A DNA stretch of 64,000 nt from Candidatus Bathyarchaeota archaeon (GCA_018396725.1 JAGTRC010000005.1:15149-79148); one strand, 5' to 3'; counted from the stretch's first letter, positions 29,491 through 39,586 are shown. Program-made: numbers and translations. Notes: generated from the letters alone by a model not told the origin.

Positions 29491-30070
29491 AGGAAGGCGA
29501 TGAGCGGACACGCAGCCAACGCCGAGGCGAGATGATCAAGGCGGAAAACCAAGCCCGCTTAAACGCTAAAGGCAATCCATGAAACCCTAATTAATTAATC
29601 GGTTCAATACTCGATCCCGTAAGGCCTGGGTGAAGGCCTTACAACATCCATTTTAGGGTAAGTTGTGGGCCCCGCAGGCCCAAACTCCGCTATAGGCTTC
29701 AAAATGGTTATGGCCCATGGGAGACCCCAACGCAAACCTTAGGGGCTGCTCCCCTTAAACCCCTCCATTTTTTTATCCTACTCGGACCTTGAGGTCTCCA
29801 TTCAGGATCAGGATTATGGGATAATAATCTTGAACTTACAGCCTCCGCCGCCCGAGTAAATGCTTCCATCCGGGTTGCATCCCGCACCGATTTGCGGCCC
29901 TTCCCCGGGCCTATATCGCGGATGGATGCTTGGCTGCCCGTCTCGTCCACGTGACGAACGGATATGCGTTTCCAGGCATCTCCGGGGCCGTTCCTCCATA
30001 ATCATTATAAACATCTTGGCCTCTTGGATTCTAACCGGAGGCTCCTCGGGGCCGACGCGGGGATCCCAAT

Positions 30071-31315
30071 ATGTCCATGTCTAAGGGGTCAGGCAAGGTT
30101 CAACCGGAGGTAAACATCGGTACGTTAGGGCACGTAGATAACGGTAAGAGCACCCTGGTTCAAGCTTTAACCGGCGTGTGGACCGCGAGGCACTCCGAGG
30201 AGCTTAAGAGGGGTATAACCATACGTGTAGGCTACGCGGACGGGCGTTTCTATAGGTGTCCGAACCATGAGCCGCCTGAGGGTTACACCACCGAGGAGAT
30301 ATGCCCGATATGCGGGGGGAAGGCTGAGCTTCTACGCATGGTGAGCTTCGTGGACTGCCCAGGCCATCACAGCCTCATGGTGACAATGCTCTCCGGGGCG
30401 GCTCTGATGGATGGAGCCCTCTTCGTCGCCGCCGCCGACGCCAAGTTCCCCCAGGCCCAGGACCGGGAACACCTGATAGCGGCTGAGATGGCTGGGATAA
30501 GGAACCTCATAGTGATCCAGAACAAGATAGACCTTGTGGATAGGGATCGGGCGGTTGAAAACTACAAGGAGATCAGGGACTTCCTCCAGACAACCATCTA
30601 CGCCGATGCGCCCATCATCCCGGTCTCAGCGCAGCACAAGGTGAACATGGACTCCGTGATATACGCGATTGAACGGTATATTCCAACCCCTAAGAGGGAT
30701 CCGAACGCCGCTCCAAAGATGTATATCTTGAGGTCCTTCGACGTCAATAAGCCCGGCACGGAGGCTGAGGACCTCGTGGGAGGGGTGGTAGGGGGCTCCA
30801 TAGTTCAGGGTATCTTCAGGGTGGGCGACGTAATGGAGATAAGGCCTGGGGTTAGGGTTGAGAAGGACGGTAAACCCTTCTATAAGCCGCTTCAAACGGA
30901 GGTTAGGAGCCTCCAGATAGGCGCTGGACCCGTATCCGAGGCTAGGCCGGGGGGCCTCGTAGGGGTGGGGACCTCCCTGGATCCATCGGTCACGAAATCC
31001 GATAGCCTGGTGGGCAACATAATAGGGAGGGGGGATCTCCCCCCGGTCCTGGATAGGTTAACCCTTAAGGTTAAGCTCTTCGAGAGGATCGTAGGCACCG
31101 AGGAGCTCCTGAAGGTGGAGAAGATAAGGACTGGGGAAGCATTGGTGCTCAACGTGGCTACAGCCGTCACCGCGGGGGTCGTCACGTCCGCCAGGGATGA
31201 GGAGGTGGAGGTATCCTTGAAGAAGCCTGTCTGCGTGGAGGAGGACTCCAAGGTGGCCATCAGCCGCCGCGTAGGCGGGGGATGGCGGCTGATAGGCTAC
31301 GGGGTAACCATCTAA
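30071..31315 (+). CDS. eif2g: Translation initiation factor aIF2 gamma
   Basis: QPEVNIG, GHVDNGKST, RGITI, DCPGH, QNKID, RSFDVNKPG, WRLIGYG. Confidence 0.97.
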   Translation: MSMSKGSGKVQPEVNIGTLGHVDNGKSTLVQALTGVWTARHSEELKRGITIRVGYADGRFYRCPNHEPPEGYTTEEICPICGGKAELLRMVSFVDCPGHHSLMVTMLSGAALMDGALFVAAADAKFPQAQDREHLIAAEMAGIRNLIVIQNKIDLVDRDRAVENYKEIRDFLQTTIYADAPIIPVSAQHKVNMDSVIYAIERYIPTPKRDPNAAPKMYILRSFDVNKPGTEAEDLVGGVVGGSIVQGIFRVGDVMEIRPGVRVEKDGKPFYKPLQTEVRSLQIGAGPVSEARPGGLVGVGTSLDPSVTKSDSLVGNIIGRGDLPPVLDRLTLKVKLFERIVGTEELLKVEKIRTGEALVLNVATAVTAGVVTSARDEEVEVSLKKPVCVEEDSKVAISRRVGGGWRLIGYGVTI

Positions 31316-31347
31316 AGTTCTGAGCCTTAAGGAACCCGGATGAGGCC

Positions 31348-31770
31348 ATGGCTTTAAGGATAATCCTCGACGCCAGCATACTCCTATACTCGTTAAGGTT
31401 AGGGATGGATCCCTTCAGGGAGATCGAGGATCTAATCCTTAGAAGGGTGGATTTCATGGTCACAAGATCCACCATGAGGGAGTTGGAGAGACTCAGGGAT
31501 AGGGGTAAGGGGCCGTCGAGGCTGAGTTCCCTCGCGCTCGAACTCTTGGAGAGGAAGGGCTGCACCGTCATATCCGATGGGGATGGGTTGGAGGCGGCAT
31601 CCGTGGACGTAAAGCTTTTGAGGAAGGCCCAGGAGGTCAAGGCGGCCATAGCCACCATGGATGGACCCCTCAGACGCGAGGCCAGGAGGCTTAGAATACC
31701 CGTGATCTCCATGAGGGACAACCGCTTCTACTGCGACCCCCCGGACCCGGAGCTCTGGGGCATCCCTTAA
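31348..31770 (+). CDS. Housekeeping PIN protein (Fcf1/Utp24-like)
   Basis: ILDAS, REL, ATMD; conserved position between aIF2-gamma and rpoE1. Confidence 0.85.
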   Translation: MALRIILDASILLYSLRLGMDPFREIEDLILRRVDFMVTRSTMRELERLRDRGKGPSRLSSLALELLERKGCTVISDGDGLEAASVDVKLLRKAQEVKAAIATMDGPLRREARRLRIPVISMRDNRFYCDPPDPELWGIP

Positions 31771-31938
31771 TGGTCGACCATAGGCGAGGCTAACCGCTAT
31801 AGAGGGATCTGAGTGGCTTGAATCCAGCCCGGGATAACCCCGAGAGAAAGGAAAGGTATTTATATTAACCCTTGAATGGTAGGATTTGAACCTCCTCCAC
31901 CCCGGGGATGGTGGAGAAGTTCTACGGAGAGCGTATAG

Positions 31939-32496
31939 ATGTTCAGGCTATTAACAGTTGAGGATGTCGTGAGGATACCTCCAAACCAGTTCGGGATGCC
32001 GTTGAGCGAGGTGGCTAAGAACCAGATCAAGATGAAATACGAGAACATGGCCGACGATGAGATGGGCTACGTCATACTCATAATCGACGTGGAGGTGGAT
32101 CCCATGGGTAAGATACTCCCAGGGGACGGCTCAACCTATCATAAGGTCACCTTCAAGGCCTTAACCTTCTATCCCGAGGTTCAGGAGGTGGTGGAAGGGG
32201 AGGTGGTGGAGGTGACGGACTTCGGCGCCTTCGTAAGGATTGGACCTGAAGACGCCCTGCTCCACGTATCCCAGGTCCTAGACGACTACTTATCCTTCGA
32301 TCCCAAGAGTGGAACCCTTATGGGGAAGGAGACCGGCAGGAAACTTGGGAAAGGAGACCTGGTCAGGGCTAGGATAATAGCCGTGAGCTTCCCTAAGGGC
32401 GGATCAGGGGGCAAGATAGGGGTGACCATGAGGCAGCCGTTCCTCGGGAAGCTGGAGTGGATCCAAGAGGACGTGAAGAAGCTTCAGGGAGGCTGA
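31939..32496 (+). CDS. rpoE1: RNA polymerase subunit Rpo7 (E')
   Basis: VRIPP, GDGSTY, S1 domain FGAFVRIGP, TMRQPFLGKLEW. Confidence 0.96.
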   Translation: MFRLLTVEDVVRIPPNQFGMPLSEVAKNQIKMKYENMADDEMGYVILIIDVEVDPMGKILPGDGSTYHKVTFKALTFYPEVQEVVEGEVVEVTDFGAFVRIGPEDALLHVSQVLDDYLSFDPKSGTLMGKETGRKLGKGDLVRARIIAVSFPKGGSGGKIGVTMRQPFLGKLEWIQEDVKKLQGG

Positions 32497-32503
32497 GCCG
32501 GCT

Positions 32504-32689
32504 TTGACCGATAAGGCCTGCAGGTCATGTAGGACCATAAGCATGGGATCCATCTGCCCCAACTGCAAATCCACGAACCTAAGCGAGGACTGGTCAGGCC
32601 TCGTAATAATATTCGACGTTGAAAACTCCGAGGTAGCACGGAAGATGAAGGCGGAGAAACCCGGGAGATACGCTGTGAGGGTACGCTGA
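32504..32689 (+). CDS. spt4: Transcription elongation factor Spt4 (RpoE'')
   Basis: ACRSC...CPNC, WSGLVII, SEVA, PGRYAVRVR. Confidence 0.96.
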   Translation: MTDKACRSCRTISMGSICPNCKSTNLSEDWSGLVIIFDVENSEVARKMKAEKPGRYAVRVR

Positions 32690-33038
32690 CCATAGACGCG
32701 GAATAAAAGCGATACGATGCTCAGGAGCCCATCTTTAAAACCCAAATCCCAAGTTTATCTAGGGATTTAACGTCAGCCCCTACCACGTCGCTCCCCTATC
32801 CATCCATGGGATCGCCGACGGCTCACCCTAAGCCGATACGGTGCGACGCCGGGTCTCGCCGCTCGTTACAGGCCTATTCTAGGCCTGGGATTCCCTAGGC
32901 CTCCGCTGATGGGAGGGGGACCGATGGAGGCTTTAGGGGGCCGGTTGAGCCCTGGGCCTGTGAGGAGCCGCCTCGGTATGGCTTAAATAGTTTGGGGGAT
33001 AGGTTCATTACTGGCTCTCCTCGGGGTGGGGAGGGCTG

Positions 33039-33311
33039 ATGGCATTGAGGCCTCCGATAGATCCCAGGGCCTATCTGACTTCCAGGAGGAACGTGAAGGC
33101 GGGTTTGGCTTCGAGGAGCAGGATAATCAGGGCCTTGGAGGAGGGGGAGCCTAAGACCCTGAGGGAGATCAGCGAGGCCGCGGGGCTAAGCTACTCCGCG
33201 GCGGCCCATCACGTAGGACTCCTCCGGGATGAAGGCGTGGTGAGGCCTGAAATGATGGATAGGGTGAAGAGGTGGAGGCTGACGGGGTACGGGCAGCAGC
33301 GCCTAATTTAA
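33039..33311 (+). CDS. Small ArsR-like winged-helix protein
   Basis: LREISEAAGLSYSAAAHHVGLL; WRLTGYGQQRL. Confidence 0.75.
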   Translation: MALRPPIDPRAYLTSRRNVKAGLASRSRIIRALEEGEPKTLREISEAAGLSYSAAAHHVGLLRDEGVVRPEMMDRVKRWRLTGYGQQRLI

Positions 33312-33335
33312 CCCTTTGCGACCATCTACGATTCT

Positions 33336-33629
33336 TTAGGGTTCTCCGCATTTGCAGGGGATCCGGCCGCATCTAGGGCATCCATCCCCATACTTCTCGG
33401 TGAAGGCTTCCTCCAAGTCTACTCCGATCAGGTTGCATTCGCTGCAGAGCCAGGCCAGTATGTCAGCCGCCTCATCGGCCATGGCCCTCCTATCCCCCCT
33501 CTTAACTATCAAGTTTGATAGTTCGCCCACCTCGGATACTAGCCAGAGCATGGTTCCCAATACACCTCTCTCCGAATCCCTGTGGAGGTAGAGCCTCCTC
33601 ATATGTCCCTGGATCTCCCTTAGCTCCAT
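33336..33629 (-). CDS. MazG-like nucleotide pyrophosphohydrolase
   Basis: SEVGEL, DEAADILAW, C-terminal CPRC..PCKC. Confidence 0.9.
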   Translation of the reverse strand: MELREIQGHMRRLYLHRDSERGVLGTMLWLVSEVGELSNLIVKRGDRRAMADEAADILAWLCSECNLIGVDLEEAFTEKYGDGCPRCGRIPCKCGEP

Positions 33630-33755
33630 GGATCAAAGCCCCTCCGAGACCTGGTTACATCACGGCCTGGAATGTTAATAACTATTTATTTGATGGAAAG
33701 TCATAAATTAGGTTCCAGGCATATCTTGTAGATGTCTATAGGGGATGGGGATTCG

Positions 33756-35072
33756 ATGAACGCCCAGGAATACTATGAGAGGATTTTCACGCTCCTGGAG
33801 GAGCATCATAGATGGTTCTCAGAATCGATCCCTTTGATAGCCAGCGAGAACGTTCCCAGCACGGCTGTGAGGGAGGCTATCATAAGCGATTTCGGGAACC
33901 GTTACGCTGAGGGGTGGCCTGGGGAGAGGGTTTACGCGGGCTGCATCTACATAGATCAGGTGGAGAGCCTCTGCATAGAGTTGGCTAAGGAGCTCTTCAA
34001 AGCCGAGTTCGTGGATGTGAGGCCCACCTCGGGCGTATGCGCGAACCTCGTAGCGTACACCGCCTTCACGAAGCCCGGCGACCTTATAATGGCCCTCTCC
34101 ATACCCAACGGGGGCCATATAAGCTACGGGAAGATGGAGCTTGGGGGGACGGCGGGGGCCGTCAGGGGGCTTAGGCTCGCGTACTTCCCCTTCGACCACG
34201 AGGAGATGAACATAGACGTGGACAAGACCGTGGATAGGATCGAGAAGCTTAAGAAGGAGGGCGACAGGGTCAGCATGGCCATGTTCGGCGCATCGGTGTT
34301 CCTCTTCCCGCATCCAGTGAGGGAGTTGGCGGACTACCTTAAAAGCCAGGATATAACCATCTGCTACGATGCAGCCCACGTGCTAGGCTTGATAGCCGGC
34401 GGGGTGTTCCAGGATCCGTTGAGGGAGGGCGCGGACCTGGTCACCGGCAGCACCCATAAAACCCTATTCGGACCCCAGGGCGGCATAGTGATCTCCTGGG
34501 ACCGCTACGCCGACGCCATTAAAAAGGCCACCTTCCCCGGGAACGTGAGCAACCATCACCTGCACCACCTGGCCGGGAAGGCTGTAGCCTTCGCTGAGAT
34601 GCTGGCCTTCGGCCGGGAATACGCCCGACAAATAGTTAGAAACGCTAAAGCCTTGGGTCAGGCGTTGCACGAGAGGGGCTTCCAGGTCCTAGGCGAAAAG
34701 AAGGGCTTCACCGAATCCCATACGATACTCGTCGATATAACGAGGTACGGCGATGGAAGGAGCATAGAGAAGAGGCTTGAGGAGGCCAACATAATCCTGA
34801 ACAGGAACCTCCTCCCCTACGATCTTAAATTCGGCCGCCACTTCGAAGCCCCAGGCGGCATAAGATGCGGCCTCTCGGAGTGCACTAGGCTCGGGATGAG
34901 GGAGAGCGACATGGACCAGATAGCTGAGTTCATGGAGAAGATAATAATTAAAGGCGAGGACCCCGCCAAGGTGAAGGGGGAGGTGGCGGAGTTCCGTAGA
35001 AACTTCACCAAGATCCATTACGCCTTCGAAACCGGTAAAAACGCCTACGAATACTTCAGGCTTAGAACCTAA
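33756..35072 (+). CDS. glyA: Serine hydroxymethyltransferase
   Basis: LIASEN, RYAEG, GGHISY, YDAAH, STHKTLFGPQGG. Confidence 0.97.
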   Translation: MNAQEYYERIFTLLEEHHRWFSESIPLIASENVPSTAVREAIISDFGNRYAEGWPGERVYAGCIYIDQVESLCIELAKELFKAEFVDVRPTSGVCANLVAYTAFTKPGDLIMALSIPNGGHISYGKMELGGTAGAVRGLRLAYFPFDHEEMNIDVDKTVDRIEKLKKEGDRVSMAMFGASVFLFPHPVRELADYLKSQDITICYDAAHVLGLIAGGVFQDPLREGADLVTGSTHKTLFGPQGGIVISWDRYADAIKKATFPGNVSNHHLHHLAGKAVAFAEMLAFGREYARQIVRNAKALGQALHERGFQVLGEKKGFTESHTILVDITRYGDGRSIEKRLEEANIILNRNLLPYDLKFGRHFEAPGGIRCGLSECTRLGMRESDMDQIAEFMEKIIIKGEDPAKVKGEVAEFRRNFTKIHYAFETGKNAYEYFRLRT

Positions 35073-35432
35073 ACTTAATATGCTTCTTGAACCTCGCCCA
35101 TGCCGTTCATCGGAGGCTTCCGTTGCACCCGAAGCCCTAAAATATTTTTAAATTATCCCATCTGATACAGGGGCATCCACCTCTCCAGTGTAGAAGGGTG
35201 GCCATTGGAAGTTCGAGCGCCGCTGGGCACCTTAAATTCTCGAAGATGCGGGTAGGGTAGGCCCAGCCGGGGAGGGCGTCCATCCAAGGGGCGCCCCTAT
35301 CTAAACTCAGCTCCTGAAATCCGGCCTTCGGCGCGTCCGGCGGGGCCAACCCTGTAGTGCACGGGATGGATTTAAATAAGCCCCCGAGAAGTATGGATTA
35401 CCGGACAAGCCTGATTAGGGGGGGAGCTCTGG

Positions 35433-35606
35433 ATGAGCAAGAGGGAGAAGCGGCGTAGGAGGGAGGCCCCAATGCCCGCGGCCAGCGCAGGCCTCCTCAG
35501 GTTCTTCGAGGAGGAGACGGAGGGGATAAAGGTGCGGCCTGAAATACTCCTGGCAATGGCTGTAGGGCTCATAGCCCTGAGCATCGTGGTATACTTAACC
35601 CCCTGA
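35433..35606 (+). CDS. secG: Preprotein translocase subunit Sec61beta/SecG (57 aa, below the ORF-track cutoff)
   Basis: Hand translation MSKREKRRRREAPMPAASAGLLRFFEEETEGIKVRPE plus a C-terminal TM helix. Confidence 0.93.
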   Translation: MSKREKRRRREAPMPAASAGLLRFFEEETEGIKVRPEILLAMAVGLIALSIVVYLTP

Positions 35607-35642
35607 AATGCTGGATGCGGATGGGGGGAGGCCCCCAACCGG

Positions 35643-36641
35643 TTAGACGTATTCCCATAGTTCCCTCTGGGAGATCCATGGTATGGGCTTCGAGTCCACT
35701 CCTCGCCTCCTGATATGCTCCGAGAACTCCCTGGCGAAGCCTGTGAACACGTATACTCTCCTAGCGCCTGTGTCTTCAACGTATCTGCTCAGCTGGTTGA
35801 AGTCTGCATGTCCGCTGAGGGGGAAGCCCGCCACGTTTGGATCCCTCATCCTCAGAGCCCATCCCGTCGCCCTGGCCTCGGAGAATCCACCGTGGTATAG
35901 ATGCCTCCGGCTCGTCACGTATATGAACGGCTTAACCTTATCGTAGGGTTCGTCCCGGATGGCCTCCCAGCCCAGGTTCAGCCCATCATCGTTGCATACG
36001 TTGTTCACCGCGTCTATCTTGGGATCGACCGCCACGGGTATCCTGGTGTACTCGTTGAAGAGCTTGACTATCTCCTGGGCTTTACCTGCAGCGTAAACCC
36101 TGAAGCAGGGGGTCCTCCCCCTCCTCACCTCCTCCAAAGCCCATTTCACGATGCTGGAGTAAACGGTGCTTCTGGGAGGGAAATTGTAGAGGGGGGAGCC
36201 GTAGGTGGCCTCCATGACGAGTACGTCGCATTCCCTAGGCTCCGCAGCCTTCACTACGAGGCTGTCCACGTAGTTCATGTCCCCGGTGTAGAGTATTATT
36301 GATTCAGGGGTTACTATCCTGAACTGGACCGCACCTACCATATGGCCTGAGTTCAACGCCTCCACTTCTACGTCTCCGATCCTCAGGGAGGAGTTAGGCG
36401 GAACCTCCCTGAAGTTTCCGACGCTCCGGCCTGTTAAAGCCTCGAAGATCCTCCGGGTCTCAGCCGTGGAGACCTTCAGGTTGGGCGCGTTGAAGCCCCT
36501 GGTGTGATCCGCATGGGCATGGGATATCAAGGCCACCGCATCCCTTGGAAGATGGGGGCTCGTGGGATCCACGACCAACCTTGTCTCGCCGGTTTGGATC
36601 TGTAAACCGTTAAGCCAGCCTATCTTCACGGGGCTCCGCAT
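35643..36641 (-). CDS. Metallo-beta-lactamase/beta-CASP nuclease
   Basis: SHAHADH, SGHMVG, YTGD, MEATYG, LSGHAD. Confidence 0.9.
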   Translation of the reverse strand: MRSPVKIGWLNGLQIQTGETRLVVDPTSPHLPRDAVALISHAHADHTRGFNAPNLKVSTAETRRIFEALTGRSVGNFREVPPNSSLRIGDVEVEALNSGHMVGAVQFRIVTPESIILYTGDMNYVDSLVVKAAEPRECDVLVMEATYGSPLYNFPPRSTVYSSIVKWALEEVRRGRTPCFRVYAAGKAQEIVKLFNEYTRIPVAVDPKIDAVNNVCNDDGLNLGWEAIRDEPYDKVKPFIYVTSRRHLYHGGFSEARATGWALRMRDPNVAGFPLSGHADFNQLSRYVEDTGARRVYVFTGFAREFSEHIRRRGVDSKPIPWISQRELWEYV

Positions 36642-36775
36642 TAATGGGCCTCCCTTTAAACCGTGAGCCGGGTTAACCCTCAACCATCGAGCGGGGCAAG
36701 GCTAAAGCTCATCGATTTAAATAAACGGTGATGATTATATAAGCTGTTGCAGCGCGGGGCTGGTAGGCGGTAGGC

Positions 36776-37249
36776 TTGAAGCTGGATAAACTGGATTTAA
36801 AGATACTGCGCATAATCCAGGAGAACTGTAAGTTGAGCGCCAGGGAGATAGCCTCCCAGCTGGACGTACCTATAACCACCGTCTACAGCAGGATTAAACG
36901 GATGGAGGATTCAGGCCTAATAAAGGGGTATAGGGCCCTCCTAGACCCTAAGAAGATCGGGAAAGGCGCCACAGCCTTCATCCTGGCCTCAGTAGCCTAT
37001 ACGGATCCCAGACGCTCCGATATCATCTCCCAGAGGGAGGTGGCGGAGAAGGTATCCAAGTTCCCTGAGGTTCAGGAGGTCCATATAATATCGGGGGACT
37101 GGGATCTACTCATCAAGGTTAGAGCCGAGGACGTGGACATGGTTGGAAGCTTCGTGGTGGATAAGCTTAGAACCGTCGAAGGCATAGAGAAAACCCTCAC
37201 CTGCATGGTGTTCAATACGCTTAAAGAAGAAACCTCCATAAACCTGTGA
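36776..37249 (+). CDS. Lrp/AsnC transcriptional regulator
   Basis: LDKLDLKIL HTH, EVHIISGDWD. Confidence 0.94.
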   Translation: MKLDKLDLKILRIIQENCKLSAREIASQLDVPITTVYSRIKRMEDSGLIKGYRALLDPKKIGKGATAFILASVAYTDPRRSDIISQREVAEKVSKFPEVQEVHIISGDWDLLIKVRAEDVDMVGSFVVDKLRTVEGIEKTLTCMVFNTLKEETSINL

Positions 37250-37347
37250 GTTCACACCCTGGATAACGTGGAGATAGGCGTTTAAAAGTGGAGGAGAGGT
37301 AGAGGGGATCCGCCGGGGCGGCTGTCCTCCTCCCCTACGTTCATCCC

Positions 37348-37875
37348 TCAAAGGTATGGGATTATGGTCTGCGGGTAACGTTTCATCAGGATGCTCTCAA
37401 GCTCCGATCTAAGCTTCAGATCTAATTCCCTGCTCCTCTGGGATATAAGCCCTACAGGCCGCATGTAATGTATCATGGGTCCCTGAACGATCATCCCCAT
37501 GTCATTGGCCAGGCTGCTCAACGGGACCGGCCTCGTATCCATTATCTCCTCGATCAGCTTCTTAAGGGAATCCTCAGGATCCCTCAACACTTCCTCAAGC
37601 CTGTCCTGCGGCACCGGCCTGAACCCGAAATCCGGGGTGTTCGGGAGGCTGGACGAGGCCTTTCTATCCTTAACCTTTAGCGCGTAGCCTACGCTCTTAA
37701 ACGGGTTTATGTGATGCTCCTTAATCATCCAGACGTCCGATCCATGTATTATGAGGAGGTCATAGTATCCCTTGGGGTCCTTGGCTGAGAAGACCCTCCA
37801 GCCCTTAGGATCCCTATTATACTTCTCCAGGATCTCCCTTCTAGCCTCTTCAGCGGTGGTCCTCTTACCCGCCAT
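37348..37875 (-). CDS. Hypothetical protein
   Basis: Long ORF with genome-typical codon usage and an AT-rich promoter region upstream; no motif recognised. Confidence 0.7.
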   Translation of the reverse strand: MAGKRTTAEEARREILEKYNRDPKGWRVFSAKDPKGYYDLLIIHGSDVWMIKEHHINPFKSVGYALKVKDRKASSSLPNTPDFGFRPVPQDRLEEVLRDPEDSLKKLIEEIMDTRPVPLSSLANDMGMIVQGPMIHYMRPVGLISQRSRELDLKLRSELESILMKRYPQTIIPYL

Positions 37876-38055
37876 TATGAATCACAGCATAGTAAATGTT
37901 AACTGATGAATTTTAAGGTTATGGAGAGATCATGAAGAGCTTCCAATGAAAGGTTTTGTGGCGCCCAGCCTGGCATAGGCGCGCCGGCTTCAGGGGAGAT
38001 AATGGGATCCCATGCGCGGGTCTGATAGCGGCTGAGAGGGTTCGGCGGCGGAGGC

Positions 38056-39393
38056 CTAGGGGAAAGTTAGGGCCCCAGGCTTGAAGAGAATTATTAAGCC
38101 TAACGCGGACATGAGGATCCCGCCGATGAGCTTGGCCATCCTGCCGTACCGGATGCTAGGCCTCAGGGCCTTCAAGGTGACGGCGAACACGATCAGCAAC
38201 GCGAGCTCGTCGAGCATGTAGAATAGGACGTATACTCCGAGGTAGGCGTGATGGATCATCGACGGTAAAGCCTGCGCCGATAGGATCCTCGTGTAAGCGG
38301 CGGGTAGACCCGCGGTGCACAACAGCTCGACCATGTTAACCATGAACGCCAGGGATGCCACCCCTGAGACCAGGAGGGGCGTTGAGCCCTCCCGGCTTAT
38401 GAGCCTCCTCATCCCCTGGTATATCCTGGGCTTGATGGATGCGGGTATGGTGAGGGAGACGCCTCTGAACGAGGTGATGAAGTCCTTCACGCCCAGGATC
38501 CCCATGCCCACCACCGCCGACCCCAATATGACCCTGGAGGCCTCGCTGTATCTGAGGATCTGGTTGAAGGTCAGCCATGCCTCTAGGAACATCAGATAGA
38601 CGAGGGCTGAGGACGCTATGAAGACTCCCCCCACAAGGACCATGCGCCTCCTCGAGGCGTGGAGGAGGAGGCTTAAGAGGAGGCAGAAAACCCATATGGA
38701 GCAGGGGTTGAACCCGTCGATGAGCCCTATGGAGACCGTGAAGAGGAGGAGCCCCCGGGAGGTCCAAGCCTCCCCACTCGTTGATGGAGCCTCCGCTGAA
38801 GTGGAGGTCCCAATCGAGCAAGCCTCATACGTGTACTCGCATCCACACCTGTATCTACTACTCGTCGTGTAATTCCTAGTTGTTTCGGTTGGCTCGACGG
38901 GCTTAGTGGAGGTCGTGGTTGTGAGTGTCTGCTTCAACTTTATGATGGGGTCTGGACATCCCTCCGATATGCACAGCCTCACCAGCTCCTCTATCCGTTT
39001 ACCGGTGGTTTCATCGCTCCTGTAGCCGATTATGAAGTCTTCCCCTATGAAGAGGGTTGGGACGCCTGGGACATCGGTAAGCCCGTAGGCTTTGCACATC
39101 TCCTCGAACAACGTCAGGTTGGTCTGGTTATGCCAAACCTCATATGTTTTAACCTCTAAACCTGGGTATTTATCTTGGAGCCCGTTAAGGAACTTAACCT
39201 CCTCATCGCAGAGGCCGCATCCCTCCCCCCAGAAGAGATAAACCGAAACCTTCCGTTGAACGGTTGAGGAGCCGCCTTCAGGGATGGAGAGGGGTGCTGC
39301 AGCCTCGGAGCCTATGAAGGCTGCCGAGATGAGAAGGATAAATGCTAGAGATGCCGCGTGGAGCCGGGTGGAACCCACCTTAGACACGACCAC
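38056..39393 (-). CDS. Thioredoxin-fold domain plus DsbD/CcdA-like membrane domain
   Basis: Signal peptide, CGLC, GVPT, Thr-rich linker, DGFNPC and ELLCTAG TM motifs. Confidence 0.85.
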   Translation of the reverse strand: MVVSKVGSTRLHAASLAFILLISAAFIGSEAAAPLSIPEGGSSTVQRKVSVYLFWGEGCGLCDEEVKFLNGLQDKYPGLEVKTYEVWHNQTNLTLFEEMCKAYGLTDVPGVPTLFIGEDFIIGYRSDETTGKRIEELVRLCISEGCPDPIIKLKQTLTTTTSTKPVEPTETTRNYTTSSRYRCGCEYTYEACSIGTSTSAEAPSTSGEAWTSRGLLLFTVSIGLIDGFNPCSIWVFCLLLSLLLHASRRRMVLVGGVFIASSALVYLMFLEAWLTFNQILRYSEASRVILGSAVVGMGILGVKDFITSFRGVSLTIPASIKPRIYQGMRRLISREGSTPLLVSGVASLAFMVNMVELLCTAGLPAAYTRILSAQALPSMIHHAYLGVYVLFYMLDELALLIVFAVTLKALRPSIRYGRMAKLIGGILMSALGLIILFKPGALTFP

Positions 39394-39586
39394 AACTTAT
39401 ACGTAATCTCTATTTAAGGTTAGTCTTGGCCGATGTGGACCTGTCATGGTGATGTGAAGAAGGGTCTGTCCGGGCTCTTATAATCTAAGGCTTAAACCTT
39501 GAGGGTGCTTTGGGCCTTCAAGGTTTATCTACCCGGTGGGGTTTATGGGCGGGTCCGGCTGGTCTGAGCCGGGATGGTTCATCCAG

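Noticed and set aside
29880-29915. SRP helix-8-like TAGGCCCGGGGAAGGGCCGCAA on the minus strand
   Set aside because: The GNRA tetraloop and AGCA internal loop are not correct, and no helix 5/6 or Alu domain is visible
32760-32990. GC-rich hairpins downstream of spt4
   Set aside because: Short overlapping AGGCCT palindromes with no closing stem or family motif that I could establish
35200-35335. RNase P RNA-like words GGAAGTTCG and GAAATCCGGCCTT
   Set aside because: P4 pairing is poor, and P2, CR-IV and the spacing to P1 do not fit
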